Below, piece by piece: positions 10,858 to 20,936 of a stretch of DNA of 64,000 bases. A model generated the notes under the pieces. That model worked only from the letters and a program-made list of their open reading frames with translations. It searched no databases and was not told where the DNA came from. Position 1 is the first letter of the stretch. Each line of letters opens with the position of its first letter. This stretch comes from Candidatus Latescibacterota bacterium (GTDB lineage: Bacteria; Latescibacterota; UBA2968; UBA8231): the NCBI GenBank assembly GCA_965243025.1, contig CBDETY010000003.1, positions 5,760,001 through 5,824,000 on the forward strand. The letters run 5' to 3'. The position numbers and the translations under genes were made by a program.

Positions 10858-11898
10858 ATGGCCGAAACCAGGAGCTCCGGACCGAAGCGGCGAAGGGCGG
10901 CGATGGCCCTGCTGTGTCTCGCCGCGGGGGTAGCGCTCGGCTGCCAGGGGTCGGCGCTGACCGGGGCGAAACTGTATCTCCAGCAGGGGGAGGCGGAGAG
11001 GGCGAAAGAGCAGCTTCTGCTGGCTCTCGAGACCGAGCCGGAAAACCCGGAGGTGCATTACCTGCTGGGACGCGTCTACGGCGATGAGGGAGAGTACGCG
11101 TCGATGTCCGAGTCGTTCGACCGGTCCCTCGAATTGTCCGGGGAATTCGGTCCTCAAATAGAAGAGCTCCGCCGCCGCAACTGGACAAAGCTGTACAACC
11201 AGGGGGTCGAGCGCGCCACCGCCGAGCCCCCGGATTTTTCCGCGGCCGCGGAGTTGTTCAAGCTTGCGACCACAGTCGACCCGGAACTCCTCGACGCCTG
11301 GCGCAACCTCGCCATCTCGCATTCCCGCCTGAGCGACCTGGACGGCGCCATACAGGCGTACGAGTTCGTGGCCGCCAGGGCGCCTGAGGACAGCTCCACT
11401 TTCCACCACCTCGGGATGCTCTACCTCGAAAAGGGGGACCCCGTCTCCGCGGAGCGCACCTTCGAACAACTGCTCGAGTCCAGCCCCCGGCACGTGGGAG
11501 CCCTGACCGGCCTGGCGTCCCTCTACGTCGACAGCGAGCGCTTCGTCGACGCCGAAGCCGCTTACGAAAGGGCGGTCGAGGCGGCTCCCGAGATCTGGCA
11601 GACGCACTTCAATCTCGGCAATCTGTACTGGAACCTCGATCGCTTCGACAGCGCCCGCGACGCCTACCTCCGGGCGCTGGAGCTGAATCCGGACGACACC
11701 GATACCCGCTTCAACCTCGCCGTCACATGGCTCGCTCTCGAGCGCACGGACGAGGCCCTGCCACATCTCGAGGAGCTGTCGCGGCGGACCCCCGAAAACG
11801 CCACGGTCTGGCGCGAGCTCGGCCGCGTCTACGCCCTCGATGAGCGTATCGAAGAAAGCGAAGCGGCCTACGAAGCCGCCGCAGCCCTGGAGGAGTGA
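10858..11898 (+). CDS. TPR-repeat lipoprotein
   Basis: Lipobox-like ALGC after a hydrophobic stretch; many TPR units (e.g. VHYLLGRVY, THFNLGNLY, TRFNLAVT). Confidence 0.85.
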   Translation: MAETRSSGPKRRRAAMALLCLAAGVALGCQGSALTGAKLYLQQGEAERAKEQLLLALETEPENPEVHYLLGRVYGDEGEYASMSESFDRSLELSGEFGPQIEELRRRNWTKLYNQGVERATAEPPDFSAAAELFKLATTVDPELLDAWRNLAISHSRLSDLDGAIQAYEFVAARAPEDSSTFHHLGMLYLEKGDPVSAERTFEQLLESSPRHVGALTGLASLYVDSERFVDAEAAYERAVEAAPEIWQTHFNLGNLYWNLDRFDSARDAYLRALELNPDDTDTRFNLAVTWLALERTDEALPHLEELSRRTPENATVWRELGRVYALDERIEESEAAYEAAAALEE

Positions 11899-11966
11899 TC
11901 CACGGAAGCGGTCCATTGCCCGGACCGGGTCCCAGCTGACAGGGGTGCGGCGATGATCGGGGGGCG

Positions 11967-13070
11967 ATGATCCAGTACACGATCCAGCGTCTTCTGCTGG
12001 CGGTCCCGACGCTCGTCGGGATCACCATCATCTCGTTCCTGATCATGCACCTGGCCCCGGGAGACCCGGTGGACCTCTTCCTCGGGGGGGCCGCCGGCGG
12101 AGAGGGGCTGTCGACAGACCAGCGGGACCAGCTGGAGAGAACCAGGGCGGACCTGCGCCGGCAGCTGGGACTCGACCGCCCGTTGTACGAACAGTACGCG
12201 CGCTGGGTCTCGCGCCTGGTGCTCGCCGTCGAGCCGGTCGAGGCGGGGGAATACGCCGGCGCCGGGATCGTGCTCTACGAAGGTTCCTCCGTGCGCCTTG
12301 CAACCCTCGATTTCGGCCGTTCCTTCAAGGACCAGCAGCCGGTTGTCGAGCACATCGCCAGGCGGCTGCCGATCACCGTGGAGATCGGGGTCATCAGTCT
12401 CGTCGTCGCCTACCTCATAGGGATCCCGCTGGGGGTGCTGCTGGCTTCCAGGCAGGACAGCAGGCTCGACCGCGCCCTGACCGCCGGCACCTTCATGTTG
12501 TGGTCGATGCCGTCGTTCTGGGTCGGAATGCTGTTCATCATGTTCCTCTGCAACGAGGAGTTCCTGCACTGGTTCCCGGCATCGGGCATCGTCTCGCTCG
12601 AGGCCTCGGGCGAATGGGGGTTCTGGCGGATCCTGAAAGACCACGCCCATCACATGGTGCTGCCGGTGCTGGCCTCCTCGTACGCCAGTTTTGCCGGCAT
12701 CTCGCGCTACATGCGCACAAGCATGCTGGAGAACATCCGTCTCGACTATGTGCGCACGGCCCGGGCAAAGGGGCTGGCCGAGCGCTGGGTGCTGCTGCGC
12801 CACGTGTTGCGCAACTCGCTCATTCCGATCGTGACCTTGATGGCGGGGCTGCTGCCCGGCCTGATCGCCGGATCGGTGTTCATCGAGACGATCTTCACGA
12901 TTCCCGGGCTCGGGTTCCTCGGGTTCCAGTCTGTCATCGTCCGCGACTACCCGATGGTCATGGCGATTCTCACCATCGGATCGGCGCTGTCGCTGTTCGG
13001 AATTCTCGCCGCGGACGTGCTTCTGAAGGCGATCGATCCGCGTATCGATTTCTCCCGGGTACCGGAGTAG
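11967..13070 (+). CDS. Peptide ABC transporter permease (OppB/DppB family)
   Basis: HLAPGDPV, LGLDRPLYEQY, DYVRTARAKGL, RHVLRNSLIP, RDYPMVM. Confidence 0.95.
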   Translation: MIQYTIQRLLLAVPTLVGITIISFLIMHLAPGDPVDLFLGGAAGGEGLSTDQRDQLERTRADLRRQLGLDRPLYEQYARWVSRLVLAVEPVEAGEYAGAGIVLYEGSSVRLATLDFGRSFKDQQPVVEHIARRLPITVEIGVISLVVAYLIGIPLGVLLASRQDSRLDRALTAGTFMLWSMPSFWVGMLFIMFLCNEEFLHWFPASGIVSLEASGEWGFWRILKDHAHHMVLPVLASSYASFAGISRYMRTSMLENIRLDYVRTARAKGLAERWVLLRHVLRNSLIPIVTLMAGLLPGLIAGSVFIETIFTIPGLGFLGFQSVIVRDYPMVMAILTIGSALSLFGILAADVLLKAIDPRIDFSRVPE

Positions 13071-13078
13071 TTGAAAGG

Positions 13079-14143
13079 GTGGGGACCCCTCGCCACACAG
13101 CAGAAGCCGCCGGTGCCGATCGCCAGTCAACCACCGGTGCCGGCCAGTCCTACAGCCGTTTCGTCGTCAGGCAGTTCGCCCGGAACAAAGTCGCGGTATG
13201 GGCATCGTTCGGCATCGTGGTCCTGGCACTCGTCGCGGCGGCCGCCGACCTGATCGCCGGAAACAAGCCGTACTACATGAAGTACCGCGGCAAGACGTAC
13301 TTCCCCGCTTTTCGCCAGTACGCCGTACACGCCGGATTGCTGGAATGGCCGCAGGAACTGCGGCGCCGGCGCAACCTGAAGAAGCTGAAGGTCGAAGCCG
13401 CCCTGTATCCGCCGATTCCTTACGGCCCCGGGGAGATCCGGCTCGGGGAGAAGTACCAGAAGCCGGGGGCCGAGCACTGGCTGGGGACCGACCGCCTGGG
13501 GCGGGACGTGCTTTCCGGGCTGATTCACGGGAGCCGCTACGCCTTGGTCATCGGCCTCGTGTCCGTGGGCATCTCGCTGGTCGTCGGCGTGGTGCTGGGG
13601 GCCGTGGCCGGATATTTCGGGGGATGGCTCGACCTGCTGTTGGCCCGCTTCTTCGAGCTCTGGGCAGCGATTCCGGCGATATTCCTGATCATTGCCGTCG
13701 CCGCGTTCTTTCCACCCAGTCTGTTTTTCATCATGGTCATCATCGGCCTGATGAACTGGGTGCCGATCGCCCGCCTGACGCGTTCGCAGTTCCTCCAGGT
13801 GCGCAGCTTCGACTACGTGGCCGCGGCGAGGTCGCTGGGTTGCTCGAGCCGCCGCATAATGGCAAGGCATATTCTGCCCAATGCCATCGCACCGGTTCTT
13901 ATTCCCGCCGCCTTCGGTATTGCCGGCGCCATCCTCGCCGAATCGGGGCTCAGCTTTCTCGGCATCGGCGTCCCGGCCGAGGCGATCACCTGGGGGTCCA
14001 TTCTCGCCGGAGCCCGCAGCAACGCCTCGGCATGGTGGCTGGTGGTCGTCCCGGGAATGGCGATCTTCGCTACCGTGACGATGTACAACCTGCTCGGCGA
14101 CGGCCTGCGCGACGCCCTCGATCCGAAGATGCGCAGGGACTGA
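13079..14143 (+). CDS. Peptide ABC transporter permease (OppC/DppC family)
   Basis: HWLGTDRLGRDVLS, DYVAAARSLG, RHILPNA, NLLGDGLRDALDPK; start approximate. Confidence 0.93.
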   Translation: MGTPRHTAEAAGADRQSTTGAGQSYSRFVVRQFARNKVAVWASFGIVVLALVAAAADLIAGNKPYYMKYRGKTYFPAFRQYAVHAGLLEWPQELRRRRNLKKLKVEAALYPPIPYGPGEIRLGEKYQKPGAEHWLGTDRLGRDVLSGLIHGSRYALVIGLVSVGISLVVGVVLGAVAGYFGGWLDLLLARFFELWAAIPAIFLIIAVAAFFPPSLFFIMVIIGLMNWVPIARLTRSQFLQVRSFDYVAAARSLGCSSRRIMARHILPNAIAPVLIPAAFGIAGAILAESGLSFLGIGVPAEAITWGSILAGARSNASAWWLVVVPGMAIFATVTMYNLLGDGLRDALDPKMRRD

Positions 14144-14237
14144 TCTTCCGAGTGGCTGCGGACAGGCCGGTGCGGCTCTGCCCCCCGATCTGCCTCGAGC
14201 ACCGGATGCGCGGAAAAACCGATGCGGGTGGAAGCGC

Positions 14238-15515
14238 CTACAGAAAGTCCGGGATGAGCTCGTTTTCCAGCATCTGCCCGAGGGTCTGCCGCCGGCGCAG
14301 CAGATGCAGACCGCCCTCCTTGTCGAGCAGGACCTCGGGGGCTTCCGGGAAGGAATTGTAGTTTTTTGCGGCCATGCCGGCACAGTAGGCGCCGCTGCCC
14401 CCGATTACGACGGCGTCGCCGATGCGGGCCTCGGCAAGGGGCCGCGGCTGCAGCCCTTCGGGATTGCCGGGTTGCGGGGTCAGGACATCGCCGCTTTCGC
14501 AGCAGTGGCCGACTACCAGGTAGTGCGCGCGCCCCCGCTGCTCCTGCGAGGCGGGGACAACCGCGATCGGGTGCTGGGCTCCGTACATGCTGGGCCGCAG
14601 AACTTCCGTCATTCCCGAGTCGACCTTGATGAACGAGTACCCCTCCTTGCCGGTATCGACGACATCCACGACGGAGCAGACGATCGCCCCGGAGTTGGCG
14701 GTGAAATAGGTACCGGGCTCGATCTCGAGGTGCAGCCGCCTGCCGGAACTGGCGGCAAAACGCAGGAACTCTTCGGCCACCGGCTCTCCGGCTGCGGCCA
14801 GATCCGTGGAGACCTCGCCGGGGACGCGGCCGACCTTGAAACCTCCGCCGAGGTTGACGGCAGCGACCTCCGGCAGCAGCGCGGCGATGCCGAGGGTCAT
14901 CCGGGCGCAGCGCTGCCAGACCTCGGGATCGCTGCCGGACCCGATGTGGGAGTGGAGCAGGCTGATGCGCAGTCCGTGGTCGCGCTGCAGGGCCTCGACC
15001 TGGTCGAGGTGGGCGTGCCAGATGCCGAAACTGGCGGAAGGGCCGCCGACGTTGGTGCGGTTGCTGTGGCCGGAACCGAGTCCCGGGTTGAAGCGCACGC
15101 CGAGTTCGCCGCCGGGAAAGCGGCTCCCGAAACAGGCGAGCTGGTGCAGGGAACAGGCGTTGAAGCGGACTCCCATGGAGACGAGACCCTCGAAGTCGTC
15201 CGGGAGTTGCTGCGCGGTCAGGAGAATCTGACCCGGCTCCACCCCCGCCTCCAGGGCGCGGCGGACCTCCCAGCCGCTGCTGGCGTCGATCTGCAGTCCG
15301 GCCCGGTTCAGCACGCGGATGACCGCGGCGGTCGGGCAGGCTTTCATCGCGTAGCGCACCGTAAGCCCGAAGGCGTTGGGAAACTCGAGGGCTGCCCGGG
15401 CCTGGGCTTCCAGGGCGTTCTGGTCGTAGACGAAAACCGGGGTTCCGAAGCGAGCGCGGAGCTCGCGAACCTGCCCCTCGTCGAGAAACGAACCGGTCGC
15501 CGGGGAACTGTTCAT
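14238..15515 (-). CDS. lysA: Diaminopimelate decarboxylase
   Basis: GTPVFVYD, RYAMKA (PLP Lys), HSHIGSG, NLGGG, EPGTY, HCCESGD, NYNSFP. Confidence 0.92.
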   Translation of the reverse strand: MNSSPATGSFLDEGQVRELRARFGTPVFVYDQNALEAQARAALEFPNAFGLTVRYAMKACPTAAVIRVLNRAGLQIDASSGWEVRRALEAGVEPGQILLTAQQLPDDFEGLVSMGVRFNACSLHQLACFGSRFPGGELGVRFNPGLGSGHSNRTNVGGPSASFGIWHAHLDQVEALQRDHGLRISLLHSHIGSGSDPEVWQRCARMTLGIAALLPEVAAVNLGGGFKVGRVPGEVSTDLAAAGEPVAEEFLRFAASSGRRLHLEIEPGTYFTANSGAIVCSVVDVVDTGKEGYSFIKVDSGMTEVLRPSMYGAQHPIAVVPASQEQRGRAHYLVVGHCCESGDVLTPQPGNPEGLQPRPLAEARIGDAVVIGGSGAYCAGMAAKNYNSFPEAPEVLLDKEGGLHLLRRRQTLGQMLENELIPDFL

Positions 15516-15603
15516 AGGTGTTGTATCTTACTATTTTTATTGGACGTTGGTGACTTTATCGGCATCGTCCGATTATCGCCCAGAGCTTCGACTTCGTCAA
15601 GAC

Positions 15604-17427
15604 ATGGCCGTCAACATCCTCGGAATTTCCGCCTTCTATCACGACAGCGCCGCATGCCTGGTGCGCGACGGCGAAATCATCGCCGCGGCCCAGGAAGAGC
15701 GCTTCTCGCGGGTGAAGCACGACCCCGGTTTCCCCTCGCAGGCGGTTCGCTACTGTCTCCGGGAAGGGGGGATCGGCGCGGCCGACCTGGAATGCGTCGG
15801 TTTTTACGACAAGCCGCTGCTGACTTTCGAGCGACTCATCGAAACCCATCTCAGCACCGCGCCGCTCGGCATCCGGCTGTTCTGGAAATCGATGCAGGTG
15901 TGGCTGAAGAAGAAGCTCTGGATCCCGCAGCTGATCCAGAATGAGCTGGGCCGCGAGGTCCCGGTCCTGTTCGGTTACCACCACGAGTCGCACGCCGCCA
16001 GCGCCTTCTATCCCTCCCCCTTCGACGAGGCCGCCATCATCACTCTCGACGGGGTGGGGGAGTGGACGACCACGAGTTACGGTTTCGGGCGCGGCGCGGA
16101 GCTGCACCCGCTGGCGGAGATGGACTTCCCGCATTCGCTCGGACTTCTGTACAGCGCCCTGACCTATTTCGCCGGTTTCAAGCCGAACTCGGGAGAGTAC
16201 AAACTCATGGGGTTGGCGCCCTACGGCGAGCCGAAGTACGCCGGGCGTCTGCTCGACCGGGTGATCGACCTCGCCCCCGACGGTTCGTTCCGTCTCAACA
16301 TGAAGTTCTTCAACTACCTGTCGGGCCTGACCATGACCTCTCGAGCGATGGCCGACCTCCTCGACGGCCCTCCCAGGCCTCCGGAAAGCCTGATCACCCA
16401 GCGGGAGATGGATATCGCCCGCTCCTGCCAGGTGGTGACCGAGGAAGTGATGCTGCGGATGGCAAGGAAGGTGCACGCCGAGACCGGCCTGTCGAAGCTC
16501 TGCATGGCGGGAGGGGTGGCGTTGAACTGCGTCGGCAACGGCCGCATCCTGCGCGAGGGCCCCTTCGACGAGGTCTGGATCCAGCCGGCCGCCGGCGATG
16601 CCGGGGGGGCGCTCGGGGTAGCGCTGTCGATCTGGCATCGCCACCTCGGCAACGGCCGCACCGCCGACGGGGCTCGCGACAGCATGAAGGGCGCCCACCT
16701 CGGTCCCGCCTACGACGACAGGGAGGTCGCCGGTTTTCTCGAGCGCGTCCAGGCGTCGGCACGGCGACGGTCCGCAGAGGAGCTGTCCGCCGAGGTCGCC
16801 GGGCTCCTCGACGAGGGCAAGGTGATCGGCTGGTTCTGCGGCCGCATGGAGTTCGGGCCGCGGGCCCTCGGGGCCCGGAGCATCCTCGGGGATCCGCGCT
16901 CACCGGACATGCAGTCCCGGATGAATCTCAAGATCAAGTACCGCGAGAGCTTCCGGCCTTTCGCTCCCAGCGTGCTGCGCGAGCACGTCGCCGACTACTT
17001 CGATCTCGATGCGGACTCCCCCTACATGCTGCTGGTCGCGCCGGTGCGGGAAGACCGGCGCCTCCCGGTCACCGAAGAACAGCGCCGGCTCTTCGGAATC
17101 GAGAGGCTGAAGGTGCCGCGCTCGGAGATTCCGGCAGTCACCCACGTCGACTATTCGGCGCGCGTGCAAACGGTGTCGCGCGAAGACAACCCCGCCTACT
17201 ACGATCTCATCCGGGCTTTTTTCAGCCGCACCGGCTGTCCCCTGGTCGTAAACACGTCGTTCAACGTACGCGGCGAGCCGATAGTCAACACCCCGGAGGA
17301 AGCCTATCGCTGTTTCATGCGCACCGAGATGGACTACCTGGTGCTGGGCAGCTTCATCCTCGACAAGCGGGACCAGCCGGCCTGGGAAGAGGAGCAGTCC
17401 TGGCAGCTGGAGTTCGCACCGGACTGA
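15604..17427 (+). CDS. O-carbamoyltransferase (NodU/CmcH/TobZ family)
   Basis: ILGISAFYHDSAA, QEERFSR, HHESHAASAF, GEYKLMGLAPYG, EFGPRALGARS, NTSFNVRGEP. Confidence 0.95.
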   Translation: MAVNILGISAFYHDSAACLVRDGEIIAAAQEERFSRVKHDPGFPSQAVRYCLREGGIGAADLECVGFYDKPLLTFERLIETHLSTAPLGIRLFWKSMQVWLKKKLWIPQLIQNELGREVPVLFGYHHESHAASAFYPSPFDEAAIITLDGVGEWTTTSYGFGRGAELHPLAEMDFPHSLGLLYSALTYFAGFKPNSGEYKLMGLAPYGEPKYAGRLLDRVIDLAPDGSFRLNMKFFNYLSGLTMTSRAMADLLDGPPRPPESLITQREMDIARSCQVVTEEVMLRMARKVHAETGLSKLCMAGGVALNCVGNGRILREGPFDEVWIQPAAGDAGGALGVALSIWHRHLGNGRTADGARDSMKGAHLGPAYDDREVAGFLERVQASARRRSAEELSAEVAGLLDEGKVIGWFCGRMEFGPRALGARSILGDPRSPDMQSRMNLKIKYRESFRPFAPSVLREHVADYFDLDADSPYMLLVAPVREDRRLPVTEEQRRLFGIERLKVPRSEIPAVTHVDYSARVQTVSREDNPAYYDLIRAFFSRTGCPLVVNTSFNVRGEPIVNTPEEAYRCFMRTEMDYLVLGSFILDKRDQPAWEEEQSWQLEFAPD

Positions 17428-17915
17428 TGCCGGCGGCGAACGGAAGCCCGGCCCCTGGGAGGAGCTTTTCCTTCTGGAGCATTCCCTCCCCCTCCCAGGG
17501 GCAGTTGCGCAGCTTCGGGTTGCTGATGGCTGCCGTCAGCGTCTGCGCAGGGGGGGGGCTGTGGTATCTCGGCTCGCTGCCGGAGGCGGTGTGGGCGGGA
17601 GGCCTGGCAGTATGGCTGCTGGCATGCGCCCTGTTATGGCAAGGGCCGCTGCGGCCTCTCTACTTCGCCTGGATGTCGATTGCCCGTGTTCTCGGTTTCG
17701 TCAACTCCCACCTGCTTCTGGCGCTCGTGTTCTACTCGATCTTCACTGTGGTCGGGCTGGTAATGCGTCTCGTGCGCTACGATCCCCTGCACAAAGCCGG
17801 CTTCAAGAGGGAGGAGAAGAGCGATGGGATCGACCGGGGCGAAGGCCAGAAGTCGTACTGGTCCAGACGAGAGGGTTCCACGCCTTCCCGCGACCACTTT
17901 CAGCGTCAGTTCTGA
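17427..17915 (+). CDS. SxtJ-family membrane protein
   Basis: LRSFGL, WMSIARVLGFVNSHLLLALVFY, DPL, SYW, C-terminal RQF; TGATG overlap with carbamoyltransferase. Confidence 0.75.
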   Translation: MPAANGSPAPGRSFSFWSIPSPSQGQLRSFGLLMAAVSVCAGGGLWYLGSLPEAVWAGGLAVWLLACALLWQGPLRPLYFAWMSIARVLGFVNSHLLLALVFYSIFTVVGLVMRLVRYDPLHKAGFKREEKSDGIDRGEGQKSYWSRREGSTPSRDHFQRQF

Positions 17916-18088
17916 AACGGACTACCTGTTCGTAACTGTTTCTGCAGCTTGGATCTACGCAGGAACAGGAGGCCTCCCCGCATGCCTTGACGCTGTTGTG
18001 ACAAGTCGCCGGCCCGGTTATATTTTTCCCTCTTTGAAGCCTTCTTCCCCAGCCTCTTCACCGTCCGTACCGAACGAGGCGGCAGTCG

Positions 18089-18568
18089 ATGACCTTGGAA
18101 GCAGCCGAGCAGGACGGGCTCGATAGGCAATGGATGAGGGAGGCCCTCGAGTTGGGCGAGAGGGCGGCGGCCGGGTCGGAAATTCCGGTCGGAGCCGTGC
18201 TCGTCAGGGGCGACAGAGTCATCGGTCGGGGCTCGAACCAGGTCGAATCGACTGGAGATCCAACCGCCCATGCCGAGATGATGGCCATCCGCGGGGCGGT
18301 TTCGAACGCCCCTTCCCGGCAGCTTGGGGGTGCTGTTCTGTACGTTACCCTGGAGCCGTGCGCCATGTGCGCCGGGGCCTTGGTACTTGCCCGGGTTTCG
18401 CGGGTGGTATTCGGCGCTCGCGATCCGAAATCCGGCGCCTGCGGAAGTGTCAGGGATGTCGTCCGGGACCCCCGCCTGAACCACACCTGCGAGGTGCAAG
18501 GGGGCGTGTTGCAGGCGGAATGCAGCGCCCTTCTCAAGCGCTTTTTCCGGCAGCTGAGAAAGGGGTGA
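18089..18568 (+). CDS. tadA: tRNA adenosine(34) deaminase
   Basis: EIPVGAV, DPTAHAE, TLEPCAMCAGA, RDPKSGA, LNH. Confidence 0.95.
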   Translation: MTLEAAEQDGLDRQWMREALELGERAAAGSEIPVGAVLVRGDRVIGRGSNQVESTGDPTAHAEMMAIRGAVSNAPSRQLGGAVLYVTLEPCAMCAGALVLARVSRVVFGARDPKSGACGSVRDVVRDPRLNHTCEVQGGVLQAECSALLKRFFRQLRKG

Positions 18569-18584
18569 AAGCGGGATTGATTTT

Positions 18585-18671
18585 GGAGAGGTGCCTGAGT
18601 GGACGAAAGGGGCGGTCTCGAAAACCGTTGTGGCCGTGAGGTCACCGTGGGTTCGAATCCCACCCTCTCCG
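18585..18671 (+). tRNA. tRNA-Ser(CGA), CCA not encoded
   Basis: Acceptor GGAGAGG/CCTCTCC, anticodon loop CT-CGA-AA, long variable arm, GTTCGAATCC T-arm, discriminator G. Confidence 0.95.
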
Positions 18672-18747
18672 GAGATTGATTGAACAAAAGTACCGACTGC
18701 CGTCGATAGCGGCGCGCAGTCAGGTGGCAGCGGCAAGCCGAATTGTC

Positions 18748-18838
<91 letters not shown>

Positions 18839-18854
18839 GCATTGAGGGTTGGGT

Positions 18855-18930
18855 GGGGCAGTAGCTCAGTCGGGAGAGCGCCAGGTTCGCAATCTGGAGG
18901 TCGTGGGTTCGATCCCCATCTGCTCCACCA
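18855..18930 (+). tRNA. tRNA-Ala(CGC)
   Basis: 76 nt, acceptor GGGGCAG/CTGCTCC with the G3:U70 Ala determinant, loop TT-CGC-AA, ends ACCA. Confidence 0.95.
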
Positions 18931-18994
18931 ATCTTTCTTGCCACATTTCATTTCGCCCCGCCCTTTCCCGTACGTCCGCGGGGCGTCGAGCATC

Positions 18995-19267
18995 AGGTCG
19001 TGCTAGATGGGGAGTTAGCGGTGCCCTGTGACCCGCAATCCGCTACAGCGGGATCGAAGTCCCATCAGAGGCCCCAGTGTCTCTCAATCGTCCGATGAGA
19101 AGTGGCGTCGAAAGCCAGATTCCGCGCAACGGAAGGCTTCCGAACCCCGTCAGGACCGGAAGGTAGCAGCGGTAGGAACGCCATTGCGTGTGCCGCGGAG
19201 CCGTCTGGCTGGAGCCAACTGGCATCTGCCGAAACGGAGACCGGGTTCGAAGATGGGTGCACGACCT
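18995..19267 (+). ncRNA. ffs: Signal recognition particle RNA, large (Alu-domain, Bacillus scRNA-like) type
   Basis: Terminal helix AGGTCGTGC/GCACGACCT; Alu segment GGGGAGTTAGCGGTGCCCTGTGACCCGCAATCCGCT; helix 8 GTCAGGACCGGAAGGTAGCAGC; followed by a T-run; classic tadA-ffs-dnaX context. Confidence 0.93.
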
Positions 19268-19296
19268 TTTTTTAACTCACAGAATCCCGAACTGAG

Positions 19297-20919
19297 ATGA
19301 CCTACCAGGTCACCGCCAGGAAATGGCGGCCCCAGACCTTTGCAGAGGTGGTCGGCCAGGAGCACATCACGGCGACGCTGACCAACGCCCTCGCCACCGG
19401 CCGGATCGCACATTGCTACCTGTTTTGCGGTCCTCGCGGGGTAGGGAAAACCACCACGGCCCGGATTCTCGCAAAGGCGCTCAACTGCGCCGACCGCCGC
19501 GGCACGGATCCATGCCAGGAGTGCCCTTCCTGCGTCAGCATCACCGACGGAACCAGCATGGATGTGCTGGAGATCGACGGGGCCTCGAACAACAGCGTCG
19601 ACGATGTCCGCGAGTTGCGCGAGGTGGTCCGCTACGTTCCCACCGCCGGCTCCCACAAAATCTACATCATCGACGAAGTGCACATGCTGTCCACGGCGGC
19701 CTTCAACGCTCTCCTCAAAACACTGGAAGAGCCCCCGGAGAGGGTCGTATTCGTCTTCGCGACCACCGAGGTCCAGGACGTACCCGACACGATTCTTTCC
19801 CGCTGCCAGCGTTTCAACTTCCGCCGCATTCCCGCCGGACGCATTACCGATCACCTGCGGATGATCGCGGATACCGAGGGCATCTCCGCGGAACAGGAAG
19901 CCCTTTACCTGCTGGCCCAGCGCGCCGACGGTGCGCTCAGGGACGCCGAGAGCCTGATGGACCAGGTCGCCTCGTTCGAGGTGGAAACCAGGGTCGCCCC
20001 GGAAGCCGTGCGGCGGGTGCTGGGACTGGTGGACCGCAGCGTCTACTTCGATCTCTCAGACGCGGTAATCCATGGCGACGGCGACCGCGTTCTCGACGCT
20101 GTCGCAACGGCAGCGGAGGAGGGGACCGATCTCGAGGAGTTCATCAAGGGTTACACCGAACACGTCGGGCAATGGCTGTCAGTGCGGGTGCACGGCGCCG
20201 CAGACAAACTCGAGATCGCCGACGTCGAAAAGGCCCGCTTCGAGGAACTCGCTCCCCGTCTTCCGGAGGAGGACATTCTTCGCATTCTCAAGACGCTGCT
20301 GGAGCTCGAGGCGGAACTGAGGCGTTCGGTTCAACCGCGCTTTCGCGTCGAAATGACACTGGTCCGTTTGTCCCGCATGGGCCGCAGCATGGAGGTCGGA
20401 GAGCTGCTGAGCAAAGTCCGGGACATGGCCGCGGACGGGAGCCGGTCTGCGGCGAAGCCGGCCGCTGAGCCACCAAGGCCCCAGACACGAGCCCCGCGCC
20501 AGGTCTCTCCAGGGGGAACCGGGGCCGCGCCTGCGTCCGGGGGCGCACCGGAAGCCGCGGTCGCGGCGCCGGCATTGAGCCTGGAAGCGATCCGCGGCTG
20601 CTGGGTCCAGGTTATCGAGCGCCTCAAGCAGGAACAGCCCGGTGCGGGCAACTTCCTTGCAGAGGGACGACCTGACAGCTTGGAGGGCTCGACCCTGAAG
20701 CTGCTGTTTTCACCTGAGGCCAGTTTCAAAAAGGACCAAGTCGACAAGAACCGGGCGGCGGTAGAGAAGGCTTTGTCCGCGGAGACAGGACAAACTGTCC
20801 GCATTCGCTGCGAGTCTGCCGAGCCGCCGGAATCGGCGGTCGAGGAGGCCGGGAAGAGTCCTGCAGAGCACCCCAAGGTACGCGCCGTCCTCGACGCTTT
20901 CGACGGGGAGTTGGTGTAG
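19297..20919 (+). CDS. dnaX: DNA polymerase III subunit gamma/tau
   Basis: ARKWRPQTF, GPRGVGKTT, EIDGASN, IIDEVHML, NALLKTLEEPP, TILSRCQ; Pro/Ala linker plus C-terminal domain. Confidence 0.97.
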   Translation: MTYQVTARKWRPQTFAEVVGQEHITATLTNALATGRIAHCYLFCGPRGVGKTTTARILAKALNCADRRGTDPCQECPSCVSITDGTSMDVLEIDGASNNSVDDVRELREVVRYVPTAGSHKIYIIDEVHMLSTAAFNALLKTLEEPPERVVFVFATTEVQDVPDTILSRCQRFNFRRIPAGRITDHLRMIADTEGISAEQEALYLLAQRADGALRDAESLMDQVASFEVETRVAPEAVRRVLGLVDRSVYFDLSDAVIHGDGDRVLDAVATAAEEGTDLEEFIKGYTEHVGQWLSVRVHGAADKLEIADVEKARFEELAPRLPEEDILRILKTLLELEAELRRSVQPRFRVEMTLVRLSRMGRSMEVGELLSKVRDMAADGSRSAAKPAAEPPRPQTRAPRQVSPGGTGAAPASGGAPEAAVAAPALSLEAIRGCWVQVIERLKQEQPGAGNFLAEGRPDSLEGSTLKLLFSPEASFKKDQVDKNRAAVEKALSAETGQTVRIRCESAEPPESAVEEAGKSPAEHPKVRAVLDAFDGELV

Positions 20920-20936
20920 GGGGGTCTGGTGTCGCC

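Noticed and set aside
15604-17915. Saxitoxin or nodulation gene cluster
   Set aside because: Only the widespread carbamoyltransferase/SxtJ-like pair is present; no sxtA/sxtG or nodABC.
20727-20733. dnaX programmed -1 frameshift site (C AAA AAG)
   Set aside because: Not the canonical A AAA AAG heptamer, lies in the C-terminal domain rather than before it, and no clear stimulatory signals.
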